From positions 23,374,001 to 23,438,000 of the forward strand of contig CM068747.1 of assembly GCA_035084275.1 (NCBI GenBank): DNA of 64,000 nt, given 5' to 3'. The notes under the pieces are model-generated. The model did no database searches. It saw only the letters and a program-made list of their open reading frames with translations, and was not told the origin of the DNA. The DNA comes from Hydrolagus colliei (lineage: Eukaryota). The position numbers and the translations under genes are program-made. Positions 11,990 through 26,900 of this stretch are shown here, piece after piece. Positions within the stretch are counted from its first letter, which is position 1; each line of letters starts with the position of its first letter.

Positions 11990-14900
11990 CTCGTAGCTTG
12001 AAAGTACCAAATCTACTACAACTGTGATAATTCCAGTGTGCAACAGTAGCCACACTGGCCGCTATAGCATCACCGCAAGGAGCAAGGCCGGACAAAAGAC
12101 TTTGAACGTCAGAGTCAATATTCTTGGTACGTTGATGATCTTCATTTCAATTATCCACAAAGTAGAATTCTGTAAAAATGGTTTGATTCGTTTATTGAAC
12201 GAGTTTCTATGCATCCATTCCAGATGCCCCAGGACCGCCCAAAAATCTCAAAGTCAGTGACATTACTAGAAGCACCTGCAAACTTTCATGGAAGCCCCCA
12301 GACAATGATGGTGGAGACAGAATTAAGGCCTATTTTATTGAGAAGAAGACTGTAGAAGGAAGGGCCTGGGTAAAGGTTAACACTTCCTGTGCAGGAACTT
12401 CATACACTGTGCCTGACCTTGTTGAAGGCCAGGAATATTTCTTCAGAGTCCGAGCTGAAAACCGATTTGGTGTTGGCGCACCAGCGGAAACTATCCAAAG
12501 GACCAAGGCGAGGGATCCAATCCGTAAGTTCATATGGCGACAATACTTATTTCTGATTCCAATCGAGGCATCGGTACAATTCATTTTAAAGTTTTCTGCT
12601 AATCCTTTATGTATTGACTGAAACTATTTACGACTTCAGATCCACCCGATCCTCCAACACGACTCAAAATTGTCCTTGTCACGAAAAATGCCGTTTCTCT
12701 TACCTGGAGGCCGCCAAAGAACGACGGAGGTGCTTCCGTGACGCATTACATTATCGAACGTCTCTACTGGGCGACCACAGGCAAAGACAAGGAATCGTGG
12801 AAGCAATGCAACAGGCGCGATGTTGACGACACTAAGTTTACAGTCGAGGACCTTGAGGATGGCGGAGAGTACGAATTCCGCGTGAAAGCCGTAAATGAGG
12901 CTGGTCAGAGTAAACCATGTAGCCCTGTTGGGCCAATTATTGTAAAAGATCAAACATGTAAGTGTTGGAAACTATTTACATGTTGATTTTTCTTTTCATG
13001 TGCGTTATAGACAATATGCAGTTGAGGCTGACCTGAGTTTTACTGAATAATCCCATATGTAGGTGCACCTGCAATTGAACTTAAGGAATTCTTGGAGGCA
13101 GAGGAACGTACTGACATCAGCATTGTTGCCAAAATTAAGGGTGTACCATTCCCCACTTTGACTTGGTACAAGGCACCTGCTCACAAGGCAGAGGAGAAAT
13201 CTAAAGTAGAATACGATCAACATGTCAACAAAATTGTAACTGAGAACGGGTGCACTTTGTTGATTCATCAGTCCTTCCGAAAGGATACTGCTCTTTACAC
13301 TCTCACTGCAACCAACAATCTGGGAACTGATTCCAAGGAAATGAGACTCAACGTTCTTGGTAATTAATTTCTTTTCAAACTTACCTGTGATTTGTATTTC
13401 TGTTTTCTGGGGGTGGTGGGGGGAGGGGGGAATTGATAACAATTAAATTTCTCTAGTTTTATCACTGAATTTAAGGACGAGGGTTTCATCAATCGGAATA
13501 AAATGGAGAATATGCTTCGTTTTGATTCTTTTTTTTAACAAATCAGGACGCCCTGGGCCTCCGGTTGGTCCGATTAAGTTTGAAGGAATTTCCGCTGAAA
13601 ACATGACGTTAGCATGGCTTCCTCCAAAGGATGATGGCGGCTCCAAGATCACCAACTACGTCATTGAGAAAAGGGAAGCAAATAGAAAGACTTGGATGCA
13701 GGTTACCAACGATGTTAAAGAGTGCCTTTGCACAGTACCCAAGTTACTGGAAGGGCATGAATATGTCTTCCGCATCATGGCTCAGAATAAATATGGTATT
13801 GGTGAACCCCTCGACAGTGAACCAGAAACAGCACGAAACCTATTCAGTATGTATCAGAGTCAAGTATTGCAATACAAAATATGATACCAAGTTATATTTG
13901 TCCAGCACCTTTTCACATCAGAAGGACATCCCAAGGGATTGCGTTTTGTTAATTTTGTCATTTGTTCAGCTGCAATTTTTTAATGTTTTAACTCCCTTGA
14001 TAATAACAATAATTCTATCAATAATATTATAATTATAATAAAACTGATAATAAAGCCTCAAAAATAATAAGAATAAATCGGTCATTTCAACCCATGACTG
14101 TTTATGGGACACTGCTGTGTGCAATTGGCTGCTGCGTTTCGCCCACAAATATAAAATCAATTCACTTCAAAGTGTATACTGTGAAGCGCTTTGAGACGTC
14201 CAGAAGATGTGAAAAGCGCTATATCAAATGCAAGGATTATTATTGTTGCTTTTTTTTTTAAACACAAAATTTAACATTCTGACCATAATAATAATATGCC
14301 TTACATTTGATTCATGCCTTATCACATCTTTGAGACGTCTCAAAGCGTCTGATAGAAGATACCTGATAGAATGTAAATTGAATTGACTATATTTTACTGC
14401 AAAACGTACACTTCATCTGAATACTTTTATGTTGCATCTTTTAATACTATTTCATTGATTTCTTTCCAGCTGTACCGGGAGCTTGTGATAAACCAACTAT
14501 AAGCAGCGTGTCCCATGATACCATGGTAATCAATTGGGAAGAGCCAGAGTATGATGGTGGTTCTCCAGTGACAGGCTACTGGTTGGAGCGCAAAGAAACC
14601 ACTGGCAAGAGATGGAACAGAGTAAACCGTGATCCGATCAGGATTATGCCTCTGGGAGTGTCTTATAATGTAACTGGTCTTATTGAAGGATCAGATTACC
14701 AGTTCCGTGTGTTTGCCATTAATGCAGCAGGAATTGGGCCCCCAAGTCAGCCTTCTGACCCAACAACAGCAAGAGATCCTATTGGTAGGCTTTTATCTTT
14801 ATCTTTTGGTATAAGCGTGTTAACTGAGTTGTAATATAATGTGGATAGAGTATACTGAAATGTTTATTGTTTCTATAGCACCACCTGGTCCTCCATTCCC

Positions 14901-17900
14901 TAAAGTGACAGACTGGACCAAGTCAACAGCTGATGTGGAATGGGCTCCACCAATAAAGGATGGTGGATCCAGAATCACTGGCTATTTCATTGAATTTAAG
15001 GAAGAAGGAAAGGAAGAATGGGAGAAGGTAAGTGTCATTGATAATGCATGATACAATTTAATCATGTTAATAATTATGTTTGATCAAGTGCCTTACATTG
15101 GCAAAAGGACATTACAAACAGCTTCACAGGATTTACTATAAATAATTTTAAAAATCTTGCATTTGATGTAACGCCTTATCACGGCTTTGAGAAATCTTGA
15201 CAAAGAGAATTGTATATTTTGTGGGCAAAACGTGTAGTAGCTGTGTATTTTGTAGGACAACATTAAATATATTTGAATTTGCCTGATCTGTTTGTCTTTA
15301 TGTCATTTTCCTGCAGGCCAAAGATAAAGAAGTCAGAGGCACAAAATTTGTTGTCTCAGGACTCAAAGAAGGAGGTCTGTACAGATTTAGAGTGAGAGCG
15401 GTTAATGCAGCTGGAGTTGGCGCTCCTGGAGAGATACCCGACGCGCTTGAAGTCAAGGAAAGGACAGGTAAGAAAAGTTTGAAATGGCCTGTGTAAGTGT
15501 GTTTCTTTTTGTATTAATTTAGCCGTGATCATCTCACATGCATATATATATATATATATTTTGTAAATTCTAGAAATTCCTGACATTGAATTGGATGCCA
15601 ACGTGCGAGAGCGAATTGTAGTACATGCTGGAGGTGTGATCCGTATCATAGCATACGTCTCCGGTAAACCAGCCCCGCAGATTACGTGGCAGAGAAATGA
15701 TGGGCCAGTGCCAGCAGAAGCCGCAACTGAAGTTACAACTATCAGCTCTGCTCTTGTTATCAAAAAATGTCAGCGAAGCCACCAAGGCGTCTACAATCTG
15801 ATAGCTAAGAATGTAGGTGGCGAACGGAGAAAGACCATCATTGTTGACGTTTTAGGTAAGTATTAGAATCGAGTCATCTTTGCACTCTTTTTCTATGCTG
15901 GTCATATTTCCTCAGGTGCGTAAGCAACGGCTTTGTTTTCCTGACAGATGTCCCTGGGCCTGTTGGAGTACCTTTCATCTTTGAAAACCTAACCAATGAT
16001 TCTGGTAAGTTGACGTGGTTCACCCCAGATGATGACGGTGGCTCTACCATTACCAACTACGTCATTGAAAAGCGTGAAGCCGATCGTAGAGGCTGGACTC
16101 CCGTGACCTACACAGTCACCCGGCAGAACGCTGTTATCCAGAACCTGTTGCAAGGAAAGGCCTATTTCTTCCGAATTGCAGCCGAAAATCTGATTGGCAA
16201 AGGACCATGGGTTGATACACCGCAGGAGTATTTAATTAAAGAACCAATGTGTAAGCAACAGTTCTATTGACATGAATTTTCAACATTTTGTTACAAAAAA
16301 TGTCAGGTTTAGTTCATGAATTTATATTCTCTACGTCTGTTTTTAATACATTTTTGTGTTCATAGCTGTCCCTGACCGTCCTGAAGAACTTGAAATAATA
16401 GGAGTCACAAAGAACTCAGTTAGTCTCCACTGGAATCCTCCTAAATATAATGGCGGCTCCGATATTACCAGTTACATCGTTGAGTCCCGTCTCATTGGTA
16501 AAGACAAGTTCATCAGACTCACTAAAGAGAAACTTCTTAACCGGACATTTACAAACGAAGGCTTAAAGGAAGGTGACACTTATGAATACCGTGTTAGTGC
16601 AGTTAATATTGTTGGCCAGGGCAAGCCATCCTTCAGCACAAAACCAATAACATGCAAAGATGAACTTGGTAAGTGACCTCTTTTCTCTTCAGAAAGTTTT
16701 TCAAAATATATGACTTTTATTCAATTAGATTTTAACAGAATCTTATTGTTGTTTTCCAGTACCCCCCACAATTGAGCTGGATTTCCGCGACAAGTTTATT
16801 GTGCGTGTGGGTGAATCTTTCAGTCTGAACGGTCGCTACGCAGGCAAACCCGCGCCCAAAGTTTCTTGGCTTAAGGAAGAGGTGGAACTCACGGAAACTG
16901 ATCATTTGAAGATCAAGACAACTCCAACAACACTTTGTCTTGGAATCCTGAAAGGCGTCCGCGCAGATTCGGGCAAATACTGTGTGGTCGTGGAGAACAG
17001 CACGGGAACACGCAAAGGTTTCTGTGAAGTGATTGTCGTTGGTAAGTTAATTGCTCTTAACCTTTGAAATGCCATTTCAAAGCCAAAATAATTGTGTTAG
17101 AAAACTTAATTGAAACAACATGTTGTTTCCACCCCAGACCGTCCACTGCCTCCTGTTGGCCCAGTTGTGTTCCATGAAGTTCACAGGGACCATATGGTTA
17201 TTTCCTGGAATCCACCACTTGATGATGGTGGCAGTGTGATCACTAATTACGTGGTTGAAAAGAGAGATACAAACCGCGATCTCTGGATGCCCGTTACTTC
17301 TGGAGCTACTAAAACAACTTGCAAAATACCAAAACTGATTGAGGGCAGAGAGTACATCATCCGTATCTGTGCTGAAAATATTTATGGAATCAGTGATCCA
17401 TTGGAATCAGAAGAAGTTAAAGCTAAAGATCGGTTTAGTAAGTATGAGTTTTTGTAATTTACACTGAACAGCAAACAAAAATAACAGGCGACTAAACATT
17501 ATGCATCTTCTTATGGTTCCCTTCAGCCATAATAAGAACATTTATTTCATTTTTAACAAAAAAATTACTTTTTAAGGTAATATTTCAGTTATAAATTTAA
17601 ATACTGCATAGCACATATTCTTCGACAATTTTATAAATGGGTGTGCCAGCCATGTATAATTAATAATAATAATAATTATTGTATTTGATATCTTGCCTTA
17701 TTACATCATTGTTGCCTCAAAACTCTTCATAGAATATATTGTAAAGTGGGTGATATGCAAAAATAATAATAAGTGCAGCAGAAGGTATTAAATTCTTGGA
17801 AATTCTCTTTTGGTGTCTACCTGTATTTTGCTTATAACATTGGAATTTGTTCTATAAAGGGGTTCCTGAAGCACCAGAACAACCAATTATAAAGGATGTT

Positions 17901-20900
17901 ACCAAGGATTCTGTTGTGGTGACTTGGATTAGACCACGGGATGGGGGCAAACCTATCACTAATTACATTGTGGAAAAGAGAGAGACCATGTCTAATCGCT
18001 GGACAAAAGCATCCAGGGAGACTATTTACCCAGACACACAGGTCAAAGTGATTGATCTTTACGAAGGCTGTGAATATGAATTCCGTGTTTCAGCCGTAAA
18101 TGAAGTAGGTGTCGGTGATCCAAGTCCACCATCTAAACCTGTCTTTGCCAAGGATCCGATTGGTATGTAAAATACATTTTCAGGTCTTTCTCTTAAAATA
18201 TTGCATTTGCTACGGTGCCTTATCACGTCCTCAAGACGTCTCAAGGCGCTTAAGCAACATTTGATTATATACTTGTTGTATTTTCGATTGACCATATTTT
18301 CAAATTTTGCATACAGTCAAACCAAGCCCGCCCATCACTCCTGAAGCCGTGGACAAGACCAAATCCACTGTTGACCTGATTTGGCTACCTCCACGTCATG
18401 ATGGAGGTGGCAAAATAATTGGCTATTTAGTGGAGTACCAAAAAGTTGGTGATGAAGAGTGGACTAAAGCTAATCATACGGCAGAGTCTTGCCCTGACAT
18501 AAAACTCAGAGCAACAGATCTCACTGAAGGTCATCTGTACAAATTCCGCATTATGGCTGTCAATGTAGCTGGTGAATCAGAACCAGCTTACGTCCGTGAT
18601 CCAGTCGAAGTAAAAGACCGGCTCGGTAAGTGCATTAGAGAAGTACTGTTTAATTCATTCTACATTTATAGATGTTGATAATAATCCTATTACTGTATGT
18701 GTAATTAATTTCTATATGTTTAACTCCTCTCCTCCCCCCCAATGTATTACCTTTGCAGAGGCTCCTGAATTGTTTGTGGATGCCAACATGGCTCGAAATA
18801 TAAACATAAAAGCAGGAAGTGATTTGACCCTCAGTGCAAAGATCACGGGACAGCCATTCCCCAAAGTCACCTGGCAAAAGGAGGGCAAAGAAGTACCAAT
18901 GAAAGCTGACATTGAGGTTACGCCAGTTGGCAGCAAGCTTCAAATCCGTAACGTTGTCAGGGGTGACAGTGGAAATTTCTCACTGACAGTTGAAAATGCA
19001 GCAGGAAGCAAGTCTGCTACATGCAATGTTTTGGTATTAGGTAATACCATAAAATATATTTTAAGAACGTACTATTTCCTTTGTTTAAAAAGACACATAC
19101 CGTTACTTTTTACAAGTCCATTTTGCTGTATACACAGTATTAAGTGTGTTTTAATTGTTTTCAGACAAACCCAGTCCACCGCATAACTTTACTGTGACTG
19201 AAGTTAGAAGCAACTCATGCTATCTGACGTGGAAGGAACCAGAAGACAACGGAGGTGCTGTTATCGCAAACTACATAATTGAGAAGCGAGATGTTTCAAC
19301 TCCACAATGGGTTCCCATCTCCTCTTCCTCCAAAAAACACAGTATTATGGCCAAGTACTTAATGGAAGGCACTCAGTATTTATTCCGTGTGGCTGCTGAA
19401 AATCAGTATGGCAAAAGTGCCTTTGTTCAAACCACAAAACCAATCAAAGCAATTGATCCATTATGTAAGTGCTTATTTGCCACATTTGATTATTTGACTT
19501 GTTCAAATTCACAAATTTTGTGATGCAGAATAGAAAAATTACATGATGAGCTTTTTTTTTCATTATAGCTCCTCCTGGGCCTCCTAAGAACTTGCATCAC
19601 ACCGATGTAGACAAGACCGAGGTGTCTATTGTTTGGAATTACCCAGATCGTGATGGAGGTGCTCCCATCACAGGCTTTTTAGTTGAATACCAGGAAGAAG
19701 GCACAAAAGACTGGAATACATTCAAAACTGTTAGCATTCCGGAATGCACAGTAACTGGTTTGGAGACAGGAAAGATATATCGGTTCCGTGTTAAGGCTCA
19801 AAATATAGCTGGCTTCAGTCGTCCAGATACAACAGTGCCTGTACTATGCCAGGAGAAATTAGGTTCGTTCCCCTGCATTTATTCCTATTATTTGAAGTGT
19901 GCAATTGCTTTATTTTGCGTTCAATCTGTACTCCAATTGCTGCTGATGCCTAATTCATTTTCCATTTTCTCTTATTATTGTACAGTACCACCAACGGTAG
20001 ATTTGGATGTAAAATTGATTGAAGGTCTTGTGGTCAAGGCTGGCAGCACAGTAAGATTTCCTGCCCTTATGAAGGGCATTCCTGTACCTTCAGTCAAGTG
20101 GGTCATCGACAGCACTGAGATTAAATCAGACGACCAATACAAAATTGACACTGATGGCTACTCTACAATACTTACTATTAAGGAGTGTACCAGAAAACAT
20201 AGCGGTGAATACTTGCTTACCGTTTCCAATCCAGCTGGTAGCAAGACAGTTGCTTTACATTTAACCGTCTTGGATGTCCCTGGCCCCCCAATTGGCCCAG
20301 TTAATATCCTTGAAGTTAACCCAGAATATATGGTCATCTCATGGCGTCCACCTAAAGATGATGGAGGAAGTCCTGTTATGAACTACATTGTTGAAAAGCG
20401 AGACACCAAGAAGGACACCTGGGGAATTGTTAGCAGTGGAAGCACAAGCACCCGAGTTAAGATTCCACGTCTTCAGAAAGGATGTGAATACATTATGCGG
20501 ATACGAGCGGAGAATAAAATCGGTATTGGTGAACCATTAGACTCTCCGGCAACTGTTGCCAAACATACATTCGATGTCCCGTCACCACCTGGTAAACCGA
20601 TTGTTTATGATATAGCAGAAAATGCCGTAACAGTTTCTTGGGCCTTACCAAAGTCTGATGGGGGAAGCCCAATTAGTGGTTACTTACTGGAACGCAAAGA
20701 AGTATCTGGCAAATGGATTCGGGTGAACAAGACACCCGTGTTAGATATAAAATACAGGGCTGTTGGACTATTTGAAGGCAATTCATACCAATTCAGAGTA
20801 TTTGCTGAAAATATGGCTGGTATAAGTAAACCATCACCAAGCTCTGATACAGCAACAGTCAAACGACCTATCACACCTCCTGGACCACCAATTAATCCTA

Positions 20901-23900
20901 AACTGAAGGACAAGAGTAGGGAAAGTGTTGACTTAGTCTGGATAAAGCCCAACAAGGATGGAGGCAGCCCTATCGTGGGATATATTGTAGAATGTCAGAA
21001 GACAGATAGTGCAAAATGGATTAGAATCAACAAAGATGATTTAATCCCGCAGTGCGCTTATCGAGCATTTGGTCTCATTGAAGGCAATGAATACCGATTC
21101 CGAGTAAAGGCTGCCAATGTTATTGGGGAAGGTGAGCCAAGAGAATTACCAGAAACCGTGATCGCAAAGGACATTCTTCAACCTCCAGAGTTAGACCTGG
21201 ATATCGTTTGCCGTGACCTGGTCACAGTTCGTGTCGGACAAACCATTGCCATAAGCGGCCGTGTCAAAGGCAGACCAGATCCAGACATCACATGGTCAAA
21301 GGACAGCAAGACAATCTCTCCTGACAAACGCACAGAGATCAATAATGACTTTCCAGTTATAGAGCTCCACATTAAATCTGCAACTAGAGCTGACTATGGA
21401 AAATATAGCGTTGTTGCTAAAAATAGTAGCGGACAAGTTCAGGCTGCTGTTCTTGTCAATGTACTTGACAGACCTGGCCAGTGTCAAAATATTAGAACAA
21501 ATTATGTCACCAAGGACTCTTGTATGCTCGCTTGGGAAAATCCAGAAGACAATGGCGGCTCGGAAATCACAAACTATATCGCAGAATGCCGTCAACCTAG
21601 CCAGAGAGGATGGACTATGGTCTCAGCAGATTTGACTAAACGCATAGTCAAGGTGCAGCTTGTACCAAATCATGAATACTTCTTCCGTGTTTGTGCAGAA
21701 AACAAAGTCGGACTGGGTCCGACTATTGAGACGAAGACCCCAATCCTATCCATTGATCCCATTGAAAAGCCTGGAGAACCTGATAATTTCCATGTTGCCG
21801 AAACAGGAAAGACATTTGCCCAACTTAAATGGAGGAAACCAGATTTTGATGGTGGTAGTCCCAATCTGTCGTATCATGTTGAAAGAAGACTGAAAGACAC
21901 TGATGAATGGGAACGATTACACAAAGGCAGTATTAAAGAAACATTTTTCATGGCTGACCGGTGTTTTGAGAATAAGACCTACCAGTTCAGAGTTCAAACC
22001 AAGAATGAAGGTGGCGAAAGCAACTGGGTGAAGACAGATTACATCGTTATCAAAGAAGAAATTCAGAAACCACTCTTGGATCTAAAGCTATCTGGAATAT
22101 TAACTATTAAGGTAGGAGAAACCATTAGACTCAATGCTGAACTTAGAGGTAAACCTGCGCCAGAGGTGACATGGGTCAAGGACAAAGATGCAATTGACTT
22201 TACTAGATTGCCTCGAGCAAAGATTGAAATCACCCCGAATGCCGCCCGATTTGCCTTGATCAAAGCTAAACGTTGTGACTCAGGCAAATATAGCATTACT
22301 GCAACAAATATAGCTGGTAGCTTCACAGCCTATGCCATTGTAAATGTTTTGGATGTACCTGGAGCAGTCAGACACCTAAAAATCTCTGCCATTGCAAGCG
22401 ATCGATGCAGAGTCAGTTGGGACGTACCAGAGGATGATGGCGGTTGTGAAATCCAAAACTATGTCTTAGAAAAATGTGAAAGCAAGAGAATGATCTGGTC
22501 CACATATTCTACTTCCGTGCTTAACGAGTATGCAAATGTGACTCGTCTCATCGAAGGAAATGAATACATCTTCAGGGTATGTGCAGAAAACAAAATAGGC
22601 ACGGGTCCTCCCACTGAAAGTAAACCAATTATAGCCAAGACACAGTTTAACAGACCTGGCCCTCCAGACACACCGGAGACCACAAAGGTTAGCAAGGAAG
22701 AAATGACTGTTGTGTGGAATCCACCAGAAGATGATGGTGGCAAATCAATCACAGGTTACATATTGGAGAGAAAAGAGAAACGATCCATTCGATGGGTGCC
22801 TATCACCAAGAGTCCAATCACAGAAAGACGTATGAGGGTCATGAATTTGACTCCTGGGCATGAATACCAGTTCCGAGTCAAAGCAGTAAATGATGTTGGA
22901 ATTGGAGATCCCAGCGGGCCCTCCAGACCAGTATTGGCAAAGGATCCGATGGGTATTTTTTTTTCTTAATTTGCTAAACGGTTGCATTTAGTTTTTTTTA
23001 AAATCTTTTCCAATTTTTGTCCATTATCGTTCTCAAGCTGTATTTCCCACATCTTTTTCCACAGAACCACCTGGTCCTCCAACTGGTCTGAAGGTGTCTG
23101 ACAGCACCAAGACATCCGTGACTCTTAACTGGGGGAAACCAGTGTACGATGGCGGCGCTCTTATCATTGGTTATGTGGTTGAAATGAGACTCAAAGGATC
23201 AAGCGAGGGTCCTGAACAAGGATGGAAGAGATGTAATGTTGCAGCTCAGCTTGTTCTCACTCAGTTTACATTGACGAGCCTCAATGAGAATCTGGAGTAT
23301 GAATTCAGGGTTGCCGCAATGAACCAAGTTGGGCTCGGTCGCCCTGCTGAACTGAAAGAAGCTGTATCTCCAAAGGAGGTGCTAGGTATGAACTGGATTT
23401 AACCTTTTTTTTAACTGAGCTGAGAAATTTGAGTTCCTTAAATATTTATTTTGATATTTATTCAAAGCCAAACAATTTCTCACACAAAATGTGATTTTTT
23501 TTTCTTTCACAGAGCCACCAGAGATTGACTTAGACGCAAGCCTGAGAAAAGTTGTGGTTGTCCGAGCCGGGTGTCCTATTCGATTGTTTGCTACAATTCG
23601 AGGGCGACCGGCACCAAGAGTCTGCTGGAGAAAAATGGGAATTGACAATGTGGTCAGAAGGGGCATAGTTGACCTCCTTGACACAATGGCTTTCCTTGTC
23701 ATCCCTGATAGTACTCGAGATGACAGTGGCAAATATTCACTGACACTGGTGAATGCAGCCGGTGAAAAGTCAGTGTTTGTGAATGTGAAGGTTCTAGGTA
23801 CGTCATAGAGTTACAGTACATGTGTTTCCAATTTCATGAATTGAATTGAACATGCTCAGTTTTGATATTCATGTGTTTCTAACAAACCTTTTTTATCTTA

Positions 23901-26900
23901 CACGCATGTCTAGACACACCGGGGCCCGTCGCAGATTTTGAAACTTCAGACGTTACAAAATATGTGTGTCAGCTCTCTTGGTCACCACCTGAAAATGATG
24001 GTGGCAGTCCAGTGACCCACTATATTCTGGAGAAACGTGAAGCAGACAGGAAGACCTGGGCTACAGTAATTCCAGATTTGAAGAAAACTAGCTTCAAAAT
24101 AACTAACTTGGTACCTGAAACGAACTATTACTTCAGGGTGATCGCTGTCAATCAGTATGGTCCTGGGGTTCCGAAAGATACTGCAAAATCCATAGTGGCA
24201 AGAGACCCAGTCAGTAAGTACTTTCGTTTAATTGTTCAGCTGAACCTGTTATATAAATGAGCTAATGGTCAGAATGTTTTTTTTTATGTGTTAAGCATTT
24301 TGCTTGAAATCAGTTGATCCCCTGGAGTCCGGTAACATATTGGTTAGAGCACTTCACCTCACAAGCGAGAGGACTTGAGTATGATTCCCGGACAGGGAAA
24401 ATGTAAGGCAAGTTTCCTTACTCCAAACTCCGTTGTTTACCTAGCAGTCAATTGCCAGATGGTTTCTCTGGGGTTAATAATCTATTCCAAAATAAATTAA
24501 CAAAAAAAAAGTTAAGAATCAAAAATTGGGTCACCCAATCGACCATTATTTGTGGGACACGGCTGAACGGAATTAACTTTCAATTCACTTTATAGTATAT
24601 TCTGTGAAGCACTTTGAGATGTCTCAAAGGCGTGATGAGGCGCTATATCAAATGCAAAGATTATTATTCTCTAATGAATACTCTGCCATTTATTCTTTTA
24701 GGCGAACCAGATCCACCCAAAAAAGTGGAGGTCACAGACAGCACAAAGAGCACTGCTACAGTGGCATGGTTGAAACCTCTCAGGGATGGAGGTGCTAAAA
24801 TCGATGGATACATTGTTGAATACCAGCAAGAGGGTCAATCTGAGACAGAATGGACACAGTATTCTGTAGTCAAGGACCTGAGCATTGTTGTGACTGGTCT
24901 TAAAGAAGGAAAGAAATATAAATTCAGAGTTGCTGCAAGAAACATTGTGGGGGCCAGCTTGCCCAGAGAAACTGAAGGATTCTTTGAGGTTAAAGAACAA
25001 TTAAGTAAGTAACAATTACAGATTTCTTACAAGGAAACGTGACACACTGTAAAACAGAAGTGCAGGTTGGCACCCGAAGCAAAATAGTGTTTTTGGTCAG
25101 AACATTTAAAGTTATTAAGATAATTTTAGAAAATCTGCCAAAAGGCCTGAAAATATGACCATTTTCATTTGAAAGTAATTGCTAAATAGTTTAAGCCCAC
25201 AGACAAAATATGATGAAGCAAAGTAATAAAAATTACATTTGTATAGCACCCTAATATAGATGCTCCTGTATTAAAATGTACTTTATTGATGCTTTTTCTT
25301 ACAGTGGCACCAAAGATTATCATGGCAGATAACATAACTATCAAAGCTGGACAGAAGTTAAGGGTTGAGGCACATATATTTGGCAAGCCTGCACCAACCT
25401 ACAAATGGCAGAAGAGTGAGGAAGATGTGATGCCATCAAGCCGTCTAGCCGTGCACAAGTCAAAGGATGCTTCAGTCCTCATCATCAAAGACGTTAGCAG
25501 AAGTGATAGCGGCTTTTACAATCTTGTAGCAGAAAATAGCTCTGGCATTACCTCCCAGAAGATTCATGTCGTGATAATGGGTCAGTACCTTTCCTTCATT
25601 TTTTTTATATGTAGGATTACAATTTTGCTTTGAAAGCAAACATTGCAGCAGTAACTTTGCATCAATTGCATTCTATCGCACACGGTGTTACTTGACATTT
25701 ATTTTTGGTGGATTATTTTTGTCTTTCAGATGCTCCAGGCCCACCAGAACCACCATTTGATATTAGTGAGATTGATGCGGATGCGTGCACGCTCTCTTGG
25801 CACACACCACACGAAAACGGTGGAAGCAACATAACAAATTACATTGTTGAGAAGTGTGACTTAAGCCGAGGTGACTGGATCACTAGCGTGTCATCTGTAT
25901 CGAAAACCAGCTGCAGAATTGGAAAACTTATTCCCGGGCAAGAGTACGTGTTCCGGGTCCGTGCAGAAAATAGGTTTGGCATTTCAGATCCTCTCACTTC
26001 AGGCAAGATGATTGCTAAATATCAATTCGGTAAGTTAGATCAAAGGACTTCCTTTTTTGGGCTTCCAACTCATCTGTTAAAAGATAGGGGAGGGAGATTT
26101 CCTTATGTTGCTGAGCGCAGTAGCATTCATAATACAGTGTATGTTAACATTGGTCCTCAGTGTCTCGACACATTATGTTTTGAGGACTGTTTTGTCCAGC
26201 ATTGTTTATTGACAGCTGACTGATCGATTATGTTTCTGACAGATATTCCAACTGAACCAAGAAATGCACGTGTAGCAAAGGTGAACAAAGATTGCATATT
26301 TGTTGCATGGGATAGACCAGAAAGCGATGGTGGCAGTCCCATTACCGGTTATATTATCGAACGTAAAGAAAGAAACAGTCTTCTTTGGGTGAAGGCTAAT
26401 GACACAGCTGTTCGTACAATTGAATACCCATGTTCGGGTCTCATTGAAGGGCTGGAATATACTTTCAGAGTCATTGCACTGAACAGAGCTGGAGCCAGCA
26501 AGCCTAGTAAACCAACTGAGTTTGTAACAGCAAGAACACCTGTTGGTAAGTCTTGTTACAAATCATTATAAACTTGGCTTGATGATTTCTTCAATTTTTT
26601 CAGCAGATTTCACGTATAAAATCTATAATGTATACATATTGTTTATAATTACAATAGATCCACCAGGCAAACCAGAAGTACTCGATATTACACAGAGTAC
26701 TGTATCCCTTCTGTGGTCAAGACCCAAACATGACGGTGGGAGCAAAATCCTTGGTTACTTTGTCGAAGCTTGTAAACTACCAGGTGATAACTGGTTCCGA
26801 TGCAACGCCAACTGCCAAAACGTACCTCTTGAAGAATATACTGTTACCGGTCTTGAAGAAGCTGCTCGATATCTGTTCAGAGTCATTGCGAAGACTGTCA

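Noticed and set aside
24325-24400. tRNA gene
   Set aside because: Degenerate A/B boxes without a clear cloverleaf and continuous with a SINE body and tail.
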